Part shown: positions 31,714 through 45,395 of the stretch, piece by piece
Layout: each line of letters opens with the position of its first letter
Position numbering within the stretch: position 1 is the first letter of the stretch
DNA from: Trichoplax adhaerens
Lineage: Eukaryota; Animalia; Placozoa
Direction: 5' to 3'
Assembly: GCF_000150275.1 (NCBI RefSeq)
Contig: NW_002060981.1
Span: 124,001-188,000 of the forward strand
Length of the DNA stretch: 64,000 nucleotides
Position numbers and translations under genes: made by a program
The notes under the pieces: generated by a model
Seen by the model: the letters and a program-made list of their open reading frames with translations, nothing else
Databases searched by the model: none
Told to the model about the DNA's origin: nothing

Positions 31714-33924
31714 ATGGCTGACGGAACTGCGAGTGTAAGTCAAACACTATCGGTACTAATCCTCCCCATTTTTTATACATTTGTTAACTATTTTTGTTCA
31801 GACATTTTAATGATATCAAAGTTAATCATTATCGCTAGTTATTTTTGAGTTTATTCATTAATACCAAGTGAAATGATCATTTTCCACACACGCTGCTATA
31901 TTTCGCATTGGTCGACGGACATACTGTACTGTATATGCTAAGATAGCAGTCATCGTGCTGAGCCAGGTCAGGGATTTCTCTTCGAAATCCTTGCTTAGGT
32001 TTGCCATTGCAAAATTTTTACCGTAAGGAATTCAGAAATGGAGATTTTAGTTGTTCTAACCGTCTCATATACTACTTATCAGTGCCTGTAATAGACTGCA
32101 AAGTTTTCGAAATTAGCCGATGTGGTAAATGGTAGTTTAGATTGCCTTAAACCGAAGTCTCTGTCGCCGTGGTTCACGGTAAAGCGATTTTACTCGATCA
32201 GTCTGAACGGCATAATTATAATCTTTCTTTGTCAATCCGTCGAGGTGAATAGTTTGTATTGCAGTCATCTGCATGAAACAAAACTATCCTGGCCAAGCAA
32301 TAAGAAGAGGACAGTACTACATTGTTTTATCCTATCTTATTCCTTGACTACTTCCATATTTATGGAATATGGATGATTCTGCTATGTTCAACGCAGTTGC
32401 TTTACTAGAGTATATTTAATCCATCGGCTTTGCTTAGTCAAATGCATTTCAGTGCTACAAATTATATACAGTATAATATGAATCGCCTGGTAGATCATAT
32501 CGTATGTAATAAAAGTTTGGTTATATACCGTGTATGCTTTACGATACATATAGCGACATGGATGAGTATATTCCTTTGATGTTAGTATGCAGTGTTTAAT
32601 ATGTTGGGCAGTTGAGATAAATTTCACTAATTTATGTTGCATAGTCTCAATGAAAAACTACGTCACCTGTGAGTCTGATCAATGGCGATGAAACTGGAGT
32701 TATTGATGCACGATAGGAATTCACCATGTATAAAAGGTTACTTTAAAAGACAAATTACGTGGTGTTGTTTCACTACATTTTGTGTGTAATAGCATTCAGA
32801 GCATCTTCGGGGCTATCTCTACGCTAGAAGACATTAAAACGTCACCCTTGTTCTAGCTATTTTCACATTTATTGTGTGACCATGTTGCATTTTTAATACA
32901 AGCATTTATACTGTACTGTCGTCAATCCAAAAATGCAAGATATTGCAGTATACTGTATTATATAAAGCCTTTCCTTTGCTGACAGCATTACACTATGTCG
33001 TGATTTGACGCAATACTGTATAATGATCAATCATTGATAAAAATCTTATTTATACTACTTAAATTTACAGAAGAAGACGAATAATCCTATGCGACAACTT
33101 CGCATAGTTAAACTTTGCCTCAATATCTGTGTTGGTGAAAGTGGTGATCGTTTGACGAGGGCTGCGAAAGTTTTGGAACAACTGACTGGACAGACCCCGG
33201 TATTCTCGAAAGGTATGTTTCTATTTTCAATTGGAATTGTGGTACCAGTATACGCATTATACAAATATCGCTTTCATTAGTTACTTTAGAATGGCGAAGT
33301 AATCCACTGTAATTCTAATACAAATTAGGTGTAGTTTTATGTCATTCTATTGATTAATGACGATTGTTATTAAAGCACCATCTTGTTCATTGCTGTTGAT
33401 CAATCAAGAAAAAGAAGTGATGAAAGTCTATTTCTTTCTAACGTTACTTTGTATTTAGCTCGATATACCGTCCGTTCTTTTGGTATCCGTCGTAATGAAA
33501 AGATTGCAGTTCATTGTACAGTTCGTGGTGCTAAAGCTGAAGAAATCCTTGAGCGTGGTTTAAAAGTACGCGAATATGAGCTACGAAGAGATTGCTTTTC
33601 TGCAACTGGCAATTTTGGGTTTGGTATCCAAGAACACATCGATCTTGGAATCAAGTATGATCCGAACATTGGAATCTACGGTATGGACTTTTTCGTAGTT
33701 TTGGGCCGTCCAGGGTTTAACATTAGCCAACGCAAACGAAGGGCTTCGCGTATTGGAACTTCTCATCTTGTGACTAAAGATGAAAGTATAAGATGGTTCC
33801 AACAGAAGGTACAATATCTTGTGATTACAGCCTTCTTTACGTTATCTTGTTAATGTCTAATATAACTTACTTTACATTTCTATTCTAGTATGATGGTGTT
33901 ATTCTGCCTGGGAAGAAGCGTTAA
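31714..33924 (+). CDS. RPL11: 60S ribosomal protein L11 (uL5)
   Basis: Exons 31714-31734 (MADGTAS), 33071-33212 ([43 protein letters not shown]), 33459-33808 ([38 protein letters not shown]), 33889-33924 ([11 protein letters not shown]). AATAAA at ~33971. Confidence 0.97.
32730..32870 (+). ncRNA. Candidate H/ACA snoRNA in RPL11 intron 1
   Basis: Hairpin (ATTAC..GTAAT), H box AGAGCA, hairpin (GCTAGAA..TTCTAGC), then ACA at 32865-32867 followed by TTT. Intronic in a ribosomal protein gene. Confidence 0.35.
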
Positions 33925-36900
33925 TAGCGGTGGAAAGATTGTCAGTTTTAGCTCATAGAATCTTTACTGTAATAAAAAGTTTAATAAAACGATGAGTCTT
34001 TAAAGGAGTTGTAATTGCTTTGATGTTGAGCATTAGTTAGTGTCGCTGCAGATATCATTGATGTGCGCGTACGTAGTTTATTGATAAATTTGACGTACTA
34101 ACTTACTGTATTCATTGGAAATGTAGCCTGCTACAACTCTGTATCGAAAATTTTCCCTACTGCAAAGAGTGTCGACGGTGCTCCTTCCTAGATGCAGATT
34201 GATAGTGCGCAGACATGCTTTCAAAGTAATTCGATAACGACGCTTTGTCGATAAATTTAATTTTAATTCCCATTAATTAAATATATCGTCACGAGAAATG
34301 GAGAATAGTTACAGTATCTTTTGAAGGCTACGTTTATTTTAGAGGAGCTAACTGATTACGTCGCTATATACTTTACTGTGATCGAATAAATTTGCTTCGG
34401 CAACGAGGGAGAATTTGAGTAATAGATGTAATACAAGGCATTATCAACATCATTGAGCATTAATATGCCGTAAGAATAGGCATAGCGCTTGAAAGTAATG
34501 TTTACATGAACTGACGTAATGCAGTGTGGTAGAAATTATTTGCAAGGCTATCATCTCATGTTTTGAATTGCTTAGTACAGCATTGAAACAAGTGTGAAGC
34601 ACTTTTTTCAACAGTGTTGGAGACAATCCCTATTCGCCAAGTTGAACTCTCTAATTCTTGATTCCCTAGCTCATAGCTGTGACTTACAATTATCTAATTC
34701 AGTCGATAATTTCATTCAGCTAAATTGTAGTGACAAAGTTGGCCCATATCAACAAGTTTCAACAATCGTGGCTGTTGCCAAGTGCCGATAAAGGGCTTAA
34801 CTTTAATAACTATATAATTAATTAATGTTTCACATACAGTACCGTTCTGTACAGTGTACGCTACGCAAAAGTTGTCAGTCTAATAAACGTATAAGAATTT
34901 TCTCTTATATTTAGACGTCTTTGACTGTTGTAGTCTTCAGTATGAATCATATTACTTATATACTGTTTAATTAATGGATGTAAATCTGGTAATATGTCCT
35001 TTAGTCTCAATTAATAAAGTCATTACATAGAGTGTAGCAAGCGATACACTTTTATTGAGATATAAGAGAGAAGAGAAGAAAAGGAAGAATGATCTCGCGT
35101 TCGAAGTACTATAGTATCAAATATGCGTATACTAAGAAGTCCCAATTTCTGATTGGCCAGTTGATGATACAAGTCAATAGTACGCATATATTATAGGTAT
35201 GTGGCAAATCCCATAGAGATATTTATTTTTTTTGTATTTTTATGCTAAATCAAGGAAACAAATTCTCGACCTCGGTTTGCATATTAATTGTACAATATCA
35301 AATTGAGCTTGCAGTCGATCATTTCTAACGAAGAGTCGTATATAGGAGTTTATCCGCTATAAGCTCTAAAAAAATAAATTTTATATAGATGATGGACTCC
35401 AATAAATACAAGTACACGGATAGCAATGATCATACTATCCAATTTAGTGCAATATTCAATTTACTGGCTTTACTAGTACTTTTTCTATCATAATAATTAT
35501 AATAAGCTATAATTTACCTAAATTGAATAATGTATGGTTGAACTCAGTACGGATGTAAATAATTAAGGTATAACCTTCTATAACAATATTTGGGTATACT
35601 AGTAATACAGTAGTCTATGATGTGAAAATATGTACTGCATTTAATTAATAAATTAAATCGTCAGTTTTTTTTTATCGTTTCTATAGCCTCGATTAATTAG
35701 CTTCGATTGCTTTATTCCATACAGTGTGTGTGAAATAAACTATCATCCTTTCCGTAAAAGCATTGAGAATGGCAGTTTATTTTGTAGGCAGTCCGGTAAT
35801 TAGCCGTGGCAGACTGACAGTAGTAGGATCTTGAACAATATACAGTATAATAACGACGATGTAAAGTATTTAGAATATGCAGTAGATTGCACAGTCCAGT
35901 AGTTTAGCGTGTAATAATATGTCTTTCTACTTATAGACTGAGACGAGAGAGAACTATTTCAGAGAGGAGAATTATATTACTCTAAATCCGTCAGGTACAA
36001 GGTAAAGAAAGAGAGATATAATGCTACACAGAGAAAAGATTCTGAACCCAATACCCTAACAGCACATACATACATCATATATATGATGTACTGTATGTAT
36101 ATATAATAGATTGTGTGCTAGTGCGGTTCTAGCTGTATTATGTTATTGTTACCGTTCTGTACGCGTTATCATCATGATTTATGTTAGTGAACCTGATTAG
36201 TAGATAAGTAGGCAATAACATTACATAGCGGATATTGAAAATGAGCAATAACATTAATCACTATATTACTAGTAATATTCGTGAAATAACTACGTTTATA
36301 TGAAGTTGCGCTCGTAATATCCTTCTTAAAATGGATACAGCCAAATGAAATATCGGATCAGTGGACTTCGGCACTTGATACAGATGAAAACTTAATCTGA
36401 ATTTTACTCTATCCACCCTAATTAAGTAAATTTATGCTATGCTGAGATTTGATATAGGCAATCCTAATTGCACACTATGAACGCGTATCAAGAAATCCGA
36501 AACCCGAAATCTGAATTGTACTCTGTAATTTGATAAATCTCATAACGATGCTGGAATTTGATCTAAGCAATCCCAGTAGCATATTATAAACGCATATCAA
36601 GAAATCACGACTAAATTATTGATATTATGTATTAATTAAGAAGTATAGGTGAGATATTAAAAAGTGTGCGAGTTTTAAAAATCAATCTGCAAGGCTGAAA
36701 TCTCGAATCTTATTAATTTATTTCATTTAATTATTTAATTTTACAATACGCATACGTATATACAGTATGTAAAGTTTCAGTTTCCTACTCATACAGCGGC
36801 ATTAGGTGCACTTATTTTAAATTAACAAAGGTTTTCTAAAACTATAGATCAGACTTGCTTGCATTTTCTTACAAGGTGACGACCGTGATTCCAATAAGAG

Positions 36901-38210
36901 ATTCATGGCAGTGTTGCTTAAATTAATTTTTTCGTGTTGTTGTTATTTAGCCTGAATAATATTATTTTTGTGTGGTCCTTCTATAAATGTATGTCAATGG
37001 CAATATCTGTAGCATTGCATAATATTAGCACAGCTTGTGAATCTATTAAATACTAAGAAATTGTAATGATTGCATGAATAATCGTACATTAGCCATTATA
37101 GGGAAAGGAACCCTGTTGTGTCTCTAAGCCAGTGGTCTTCTTTTACGTACGGCTTAACATTGTACTATAATGGTAATTGAGTAGTTAAGTAGCGGATCTA
37201 AAATAAATACTGTACGTTAGTGCTGGTTATACGCTTCCTTTATAATATTTCAACATTAGATGAAGAGGCAGCACATAATTAAATCATCGTGTGATATTTT
37301 ATTGTTTCGCGAACGTGATTAGTTCTTAGGATTCAAGCTGTGGTCCATTAGTGCACTAACCACACAGTACGATGACTAATAATTGTTTTACGCTATACAT
37401 ACGTTTGGTCTTTTGGGATTGCTCTATTCACTAGCTTTTCGCAAAAATAATTTAAGAAGGCGTATTAGCCTACCGTTCGAATTAGATATTTATCTTCTAG
37501 TCACGAAAACTTTACAGTGAAAGATGTTGTCTTTTGACAGCTAATGTTTAATAATGTCGCACAATCTTGTAAGCTAAACTAAACCAACTGCATTTATACA
37601 TGTCTTTTTCAAAGTTGATGGCCAAAATTTTGTTTACTAGGATTGGCGATCATCAATGTTGAGAAAGTTTTATGGATGATAAATTAGCGGGGTGCAGTTT
37701 GACTTAATTTACAAACTCGGTACAGTCTCTGACGCTGGTTATAAGTAAATCAGCTCAGTTAATTTTTCAACACAACGCGCTGTAAGTTGATATTAAATTA
37801 CAGTATGCAGCATAATAACTCATTCATGATATAATAGTAAGCGAAATAAATAACCGTATGAATTAACTTAACAGTGGTAAGTCTTATCCATTGGAGAAAC
37901 TGATAATCTTATTACTTTCTACTAAAATATACGGATTAAGCATCAATTGTGTTTTTCGTCACTAACCAAACAATTATCTAATGGGAGCTATGGAAAACTC
38001 AAGGGAGAATAGCGACTACGTCCCAAAGGGATTAGCGGACGACTACAATTATGTTTATTCCAGAAGTAAAACAACGTTGTTTGGTCCCTGAAGGACTTAT
38101 AGAACCTTGCAAAAGGCCATTAGCACATCATATTAGATAGGAAGTGTAAGTGTTCGAAATCAGGTCAATTTTTTGATTGAAGGTTCAATTTTTGGTAGGA
38201 ATTAAAAAAG

Positions 38211-39188
38211 ATGGTTAAGTTCAGCCTGTGTTTTCAACTACTTTTTATCTTTGGTATCTTTAGCGCAAGTAAGCTTGTACCTGCTTGATTTTATTCATGA
38301 GTGCAGATTGAACTCTACTTGAGTATTAACGTATTTATTTCAGAATAAATATGATATTTTTTTATCTATTTTAAAGGCCACTGCTTGTCCAAATTTGAAC
38401 ATCAATGTCTGGCAGCACACAACGCTTTAAGGCATAAACATGGCGCAGCACCGTTGGTATGGAACGATAATGCTAGAAATAAGGCCCAGGTTACCGCTGA
38501 TGCAATACTCCAAGATGGACGATTTGAATATCCCGTTCGTGAAAGCCTTCAACAGAATATTTTAATGGCTAGCTCTAGTTATGCTAAGGGGATTACCGCA
38601 CAAGCAGTAACGAAAGAGTGGTATAGTGAAATTCGCTTTTATAATTTTACAAAGGGTGGATATCAACATAAAGCTAGACATTTCACTCGTGTAATTTGGA
38701 ATGGTTCCAAAGAACTTGGCTGCGCAAGAGCCTCATCTAGCAATACTGTAGTGATAGTAGCTGATTACTTTCCCAAAGGTAATGTTAAGGGCGAATTTAA
38801 AGCCAACGTTTTCCCAGTTAAAAATTCCTTCCGTTACATTGATGAAGCCGAAATGGCTCATGAGGAGGATGATATAGCCAAAACAGCGCCAGAACAAATT
38901 CCAGATAGCAGTTCTTGCAGAGGAGCAGTGGACAAAAATGGCATGTGTCGCGAAGGACTTCTAGAACGTGAGGATGATTTTACTTCTCCAACGAATATTG
39001 TCGTTTCTAAAGCCAATAACCAGGAACAAAAACATTCTAAAAAGGTTACTGACTCTAGAAAGGAGTCTAAAAAGGAGTCTAAAGAAAGTAAAACAGAATC
39101 AGACGCTTTGCCTTTGGATGCAGAAAGGATACTCGATGAAATCGAAAGCCGATTCGAAGCCGAAGAATTTCGTCCTGTGAAAGCGTAA
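38211..39188 (+). CDS. Secreted CAP-superfamily (SCP/GAPR-1/PR-1-like) protein with a charged C-terminal tail
   Basis: Exon 38211-38268 (MVKFSLCFQLLFIFGIFSAS, signal peptide, GTAAG donor) splices in phase 1 to 38377-39188: CLAAHNALRHKHGAAPLVW, WYSEIRFYNF, HFTRVIWNGSKELGCA, YFPKGN, then a ~120-aa E/D/K-rich tail. Confidence 0.88.
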
Positions 39189-42100
39189 TAACTAGAAAAC
39201 TAAGTGCATAAAGTTTCCCTCGGGCCTGAAAATGTGATCAGCTTACTAATGATTTTATTTTTGTAAGAAATTAATCGGCTTATATATAGTCTGTTGTAAT
39301 ATCGTTAGCAACGCCGTATTTCAAATAACGTAATGAAACTGTTTTACACTTACGTCTAATCATTTCATACTAAAAAAATTAACTTGAATATTGGTTCAAT
39401 ATATTCATTAAATTTTTGCAATGTAATTGAAATGTCGGTGTAACTACTAATTTCTTTATTAATTTAAATTAATGAAGTACCTTAATCACTGGGTTTGATA
39501 CTTAAAACTAGTTTAGGACAGTTTTCTAGTAAGTAGTTAAATTAGATGTATTCGTTTTTATAGATTTTATCGCTAGATATCTCCGGATTTTGTCGCAATA
39601 AATTTGTTGCCATAAATGTTAAAAATCTTAAATACTTTTGAATCAAGGGTAAACACAATAACGAAAATGTGGCAGATCACTGAGATCAGTAACATTGCAG
39701 GCATTAGGAAGGCTAAACAGATGAAAGTTTGACGATTGCAGATAAACTTATTCATTTAGGTTATTTGGATTATACAATCTCTCCTGCAATGTAAAATATT
39801 ATTGCTGTTCAGTCGTACCTGCTGATGTAAAAGGAGTTTACTATATTAAAATTAAAATTCATCATGGTTTTCTTGCGTTAAAGCTTAGACACCGAGAATG
39901 AATAATTTCGGGTTTAGAACGCTCTATAGTAACGGTTTCCTTTGCGTAATAATCCCACTATATGCTCTTACCAACACACGAAAAAGTTTCAAGAATTTAA
40001 TTCTTTACTTTTCTTTATCACTGGTTATTTCTAAACCTGCCTCCGTCAATTGCGCCTTATCCTATAGTATATTTCTCAAATTCATTGCTTGCCTAAAGTT
40101 ATTATGTGATTAGTGATATTCAACCAATCATTAACAAGTACAACGTCTCTTTAATATTTATGTAATCACAGCCAGGTCTAAACCACACTAATAAAACGTT
40201 CTAGTACTAATACTACTAAGTTGGATGGCAAAATTTCGAGCTATTTAAATCATTTACGAAGTGATTATGGTGATAAAATGTAATCGCAGTATCAGCCATT
40301 TCTCAGCAAGGAAAGATTTAGTACCCAGTGCAAAATTGTTAAACCTTTCGGCAACCTGGGTACTTTTTGCGTTATATCCATGAAATATTACTATATATAT
40401 AGCAAGAGGACATAAAGAGCAGAAGACTTTTTCCGGGCTTCAGAAAACTAGTCTATTTTGTTACAAAAACGTAGATAGGTAAACCTATGATCATAATGCA
40501 GCATTCTTAAAGATTTTGATCGACAGAAAAATTTCCTTTCGCTATGACTGTATTTATTGTAAGTAAAGTGGTTATCTTTTGCATGCCTATATTTTTAATT
40601 GTAGATTCGGATGAAAGAACAAAAATACCTCTTGCTATACTTTTCAATTTTGTATAAGAGTACTTCGTATTTTGAAAACTCTTCATTCGGTCTTTCTTAC
40701 TTGATTGATACCGTTTAAATTTAGCTCTTAGATATTCTGCCTTGTTTCGTACTACTGCCCTGCCGAATAGTTATAAACGACTATATACGTCACTGCCTAG
40801 CGAAATGCAGACTTTTCTCTGAAAATTGCGGTTAGCAGTTATTAGGAGGATAAAAGTACTGTAGTTGCAGATCTACTAGTTAGTAAATAATTTTAAGCTT
40901 CACTACTATTCTTCTCCTCTATGGTAGATTAATTAATTATTGCCAGTTCTGAAATGCTCAATCTTAGTTCGTAATAATCAATTTATCTGCAAATTCGCTC
41001 TACTTTGACCCTTCCATCGCTAGTACTACGGTTAAATTCCTCATTTTTGTATAATATAATTAATTATACGTAATCAGATGATTTCTTTCTCAGTAAAACA
41101 AAAGCCATGGGTTTAAAGTTCTGCTATTCGAGATATAATAACTGCTGCTTAAATTATGGATGTTTTGTATACTCGTTCGCGTACAGTATATGCAAAAGAC
41201 ATACATATACCGCACATCTACTCGTATTACATTTTACAAACAATGTTATATAAGGTTTTTATTGGAAGCAAAACATCATACTACCCTCATTGGCTATGAC
41301 TATCTTGACGACACTGGCGTACGAATCTATAATTTGATATAATTTTAATATACGAGTACTGTACATTTCATTGATTATTTAGATCGATGGTTATATAAAT
41401 TATTTTGTTTATCAAAACACTTCTACGATCCAAACGAAAGCAGACAGGGTATGAATCTCCTCAATCTACAGTAGATAGAGGCTATTAATAAACTTGCAAA
41501 TGGCACCAAAATGTAAGCGCAAAGCTTGTAGCCTTTCCGAGCAATTTTTTTTCAGAAATAATCTGCGAATCAAATGTGTTATTGAACTAGTTGTTAGCAA
41601 CTACGTCTAAGTAGCCAGCCGAAATTGGGCTTATATTACATCAAGTTATGTCATAGGAAGGGAAAACTTGCAGATGTAACTATTGAATTCTAAATATTCT
41701 TTTTTTCCATCCTCTAATCATCCCATCCTCACAGAAATTTTTATATTTTTACTGAAGACTATGCGTCATTTGAGCTGTCATAAATTTATTTCTAAAGCTT
41801 AGTATTAGACGAAGTACTGATAAAACTGAAAATTTGTTACAGATTATGGTCAAGGGTGCGAGCATAGCTTGTCTTACATTCACGAATAGTATTGGATTCG
41901 ATAAACTATTCGCTCTTAATAAATACGCTGTAAGGAGGGGAGAAACGGCAAGAATTCATTATACGCTGGGGATTTGCTTCATTACAATTTACTGTACTTA
42001 CGTCATATATGATCTCTGGGGGGGGGGGGGATTCGTCTTCATCTACAGTAACTTTAACATTTGCGATGCAGTTTAACGCTGATCGTACTGCAGCTGTTTC

Positions 42101-42817
42101 TTTTTAGATACTGGACGCTTTATTCATCAGTCATGAACGGTCCTATCCATGTCTTATTCATTATTAACGGGTGTTCTACTTCTCAATTAACCATCAACGT
42201 AACTTGCTGATGGATTAGTCGTTGTATTATCACAGTCACTACTATACGTATATCAACTGTACATTAACTATGATGTAATTGGTTCGACCTAAAGTGTATA
42301 ATTATACATGTAATACAAATTTTGACAGTGTAATCAAAGTTCCTTTAGTATAAATAGTGAACACTGTGGAGTCGAAAGTGTTTTGTTATTAATTTTATCG
42401 AAAACTATTGATCACCGATTTGCGACAGGAATACACTATTTAATCGCAGTTCTTACAGTGCAACTCTTGCTGGTTTTATTTTACAGCTTGTCAAGTTTAT
42501 GCTACATTATCTAGCATTTATAGTCTACAACAAGAAGCTGTAGGACTCAAATTCCCTAACAACGATTTGAACTATTTCCATGGTAGTTACCTGGCTGCAC
42601 AATGAGAACTAAAAGTAAAAATTAGAATGCTCAACTACTTCAGCTTAATTACCTCAGTCTATGCATTCATACCACTGCTGTAGCTTTCACAAATGTGAGA
42701 TATTCGTATTACACATTAAAAGTAACATAGTCAAGATTGATTTTACATCAACGAACTCACAATTTTATTTTTCTACGTATATAATTCTGTTTTTACAAAA
42801 AGTCGTACAGTTGTAGA

Positions 42818-45224
42818 TCACTTTTCAGCTTCATCTTGCTTGGCGAATGCAGCAAGGCGCTCATTTCTCTTCTCAGTGATACGATCTTCACGTCTTTGGC
42901 GAGCTGCCTTTTTCTTAGCACGACGAGCCTCGGCTTGATCCCTACAGTAGCATATTCAATTAATAAATAGTTGTAGAATGTGGCATATATCAACTATTAC
43001 AATACTTACGCAAACATCTTGGCACGAGCTTTCTCAGCTTTCTTCTTAAAGATATACTCCATAAGTACTCGCTTATTTTTGAATACGTTACCCTTGGCTT
43101 TAGCGTAATATTCATGATACCTTCCAACAGGATAAATGAAGGCGGTTATTTTGAATCTATACTCGATACTGTAGAGCACCGTCATGTCTAATAACGGAGG
43201 AAGCAGTAATTATGCTTATCACTCACATATGATTATCGATCTTCTTTGCTTCACGATATTTACGCAGTAATCTTCTCAACACACGCATCCTACGCATCCA
43301 AATAATTTTTTCTGGCATACGGGCATTTGCCGTACCTTTCCTCTTACCGTATCCTCGATGTCTACCTTTTCTGCGTGCTTCCATCGCAGTTCTTACTCTG
43401 GATCTAGAATGGATAATTTGAGGTTTTCTGATAATTAAACCATCCTTTACGAGCTTGCGGATATTTTGCCCTAGGAAAATGGATTATTTGGCTTCAGAAT
43501 AGAAGGGGATTTATTCAAATCTACATGCAGTACTGTGTTACAAAGAATTATAATATATAGAAGAATATTACTTGAATTGGCATTAGAGATTTCGTTCGTT
43601 TCATTAGGATCTAACCAGATCTTTCTTTTTCCGCACTTTAGTACGCTAGCAGCTAAACGCTTCTGCAAACGTAGGGTACTGAAATAGCAAGCATTTATTC
43701 CGTTAGGATTACTGGCAGTCTGATAACGAAGTTCACTAAAAGACTAACAATGTATGACATCAAACTGTCGATTACTCGCCTTGCAAGGCAGAGTTTTAAT
43801 TTTAAAGTACTATGGACGTCCTGAAGATACCGGTAACCCAATATTACTACTGCGATGCTAAATATTGCCTGCCGTACTGAGTGTATCGATAGTAGTAGAT
43901 GTCAGAAAGTCAGCTCCATGACGTACTGTATAATGACTTCTAAGCCCTACATTTGTTAAAGCCAAAATTGCGGAGCAACTAACACAACGATAGTTGTGAA
44001 ATTTTACAAATACTAAACAGGGCCGAAATACTTGAACTTTTTGAAATATGATCAGCTATAATTTACGATTCGCAGACGCAATCTGTGCTACGAGCATAAC
44101 AATTTCCATCCACTACATTATCCTGTAGGTGTGATTGTAAATCATAGCAAGAGTTTTATAATCTGCCTCTGTGTAGACTAGGCGTATTATATTTATTAAC
44201 TTACTAACGCAAATACGTTTGATGTTGCTACAATCACTCTATACTTCGCTATTAAATTTGTTACATCATGGATAGCAGTTGCTACGGTGAAAGAATATAT
44301 CCAAAACTGCACTCTAAAACATGAAATAGGGTATTCTCCGAATAGACGGTTTTAGTTACTGTACTGTATGGGTGGAATATACTCTTAAGTCCTAACAATG
44401 ACATCGCACTATGAGATGACTGTAGACTAGAAATGCCGGTTGACTCCATCAAATATACGCTGAAGGAAAAATTATGTTCTTAAAGTAAGAGAAGTACGCT
44501 ACAGCAATATCCGACATCACACTAAAGCGCTACCAAACATCAGAGTCAACTACATCGATTCCTTTAACCTTGTATAAGTGCTCCATAAGACGAATCTGCC
44601 ATTGTGCAGTATAAACTAAACTGAGTTGAGCACATCTATCGTCTTCTAATTAGCACTCGCCTTAGTAGTCGTTTTCAACTAAGTTCAGTCTACACTACTT
44701 TCCACTAGGAATTTAGGCCTTCCAATGAACGAGGCAAAGTACAACTGACAGATGACAGAGAGCTCAGTAAAGTAACCGATAAACTAATGAAATTAACTAT
44801 CGGAGATAGCGTTCCAATTTCAGGAAAATGATTGTAACAAGCAACAATTCTATTAGGATCGAAAGATTGATGCAGCTAATTTACGCACATGTAAAATATA
44901 ATCCAGTTTCTATAAAATATAATTCTGTACTACGATAAGCGTCGAGGATAGGACACGAGTTGTCATTATGCTAAATCAGCGAAAAATCGGTATCACGTCT
45001 ACTACTGCCTACAGTAAATCGCAATATACAGTGATGCGTTTCGGTAGTCGATTTCAGAGTTAAAATGGTTGATCAATCGGTAAAATAAGTAATAAAACTA
45101 ACAAATTTCGTTATAATCATTGATAACGCATCATTTCTTACAATTCTATGTAAGTCAATGTCAGCTATATCAACGATTTGTAGTCGTTTACGATTAAGAA
45201 AAGATTGCCATTTTCTTACCTCAT
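42818..45224 (-). CDS. RPL19: 60S ribosomal protein L19 (eL19)
   Basis: Exon 1 ATGAG (45224-45220, GCCATG context, GTAAG donor); exon 43678-43572 [26 protein letters not shown]; then [64 protein letters not shown]; stop at 42820-42818. Confidence 0.97.
43748..43880 (-). ncRNA. Candidate H/ACA snoRNA in RPL19 intron 1 (A)
   Basis: Minus strand: hairpin CAATATT..AATATTG, H box ATAGTA (43813-43808), hairpin ACTCTGCCTTGCAAGGCGAGT, ACA at 43753-43751; about 130 nt. Confidence 0.4.
44568..44710 (-). ncRNA. Candidate H/ACA snoRNA in RPL19 intron 1 (B)
   Basis: Minus strand: hairpin CTTAGT..ACTAAG, H box AGACGA (44644-44639), hairpin GTGCTC..CTGC..GCAG..GAGCAC, ACA at 44573-44571; about 140 nt. Confidence 0.4.
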
Positions 45225-45248
45225 GGCGGTGCTTGATTTTAGTATGAT

Positions 45249-45260
45249 GGAAAGAAAGAC
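45249..45260 (-). promoter_or_regulatory. 5'-TOP / TCT-like pyrimidine initiator of RPL19
   Basis: The minus strand reads GTCTTTCTTTCC about 25 nt before the ATG. Confidence 0.6.
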
Positions 45261-45395
45261 AGTAATCACATGGATCGATTTTTATGTGCGCTGGCCCTAT
45301 AGGGGGGTGATTGCAATTCGCCATCGAATTATCACATCTTCGACATAGTGAATGATACACAGGATTTGATGAATCATACTGTCGTATTTCATTGC

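Noticed and set aside
31940-32030. U4-like snRNA (AAAATTTTTA resembles an Sm site)
   Set aside because: It lacks the conserved U4 5' sequence and U6-pairing regions, and the Sm site is imperfect.
36071-36090. Perfect 20-bp palindrome TACATCATATATATGATGTA
   Set aside because: An AT-rich microsatellite-centred palindrome, plausible by chance; no supporting context.
42793-42993. 66-aa minus-strand ORF
   Set aside because: Out-of-frame overlap with the true last exon of RPL19.
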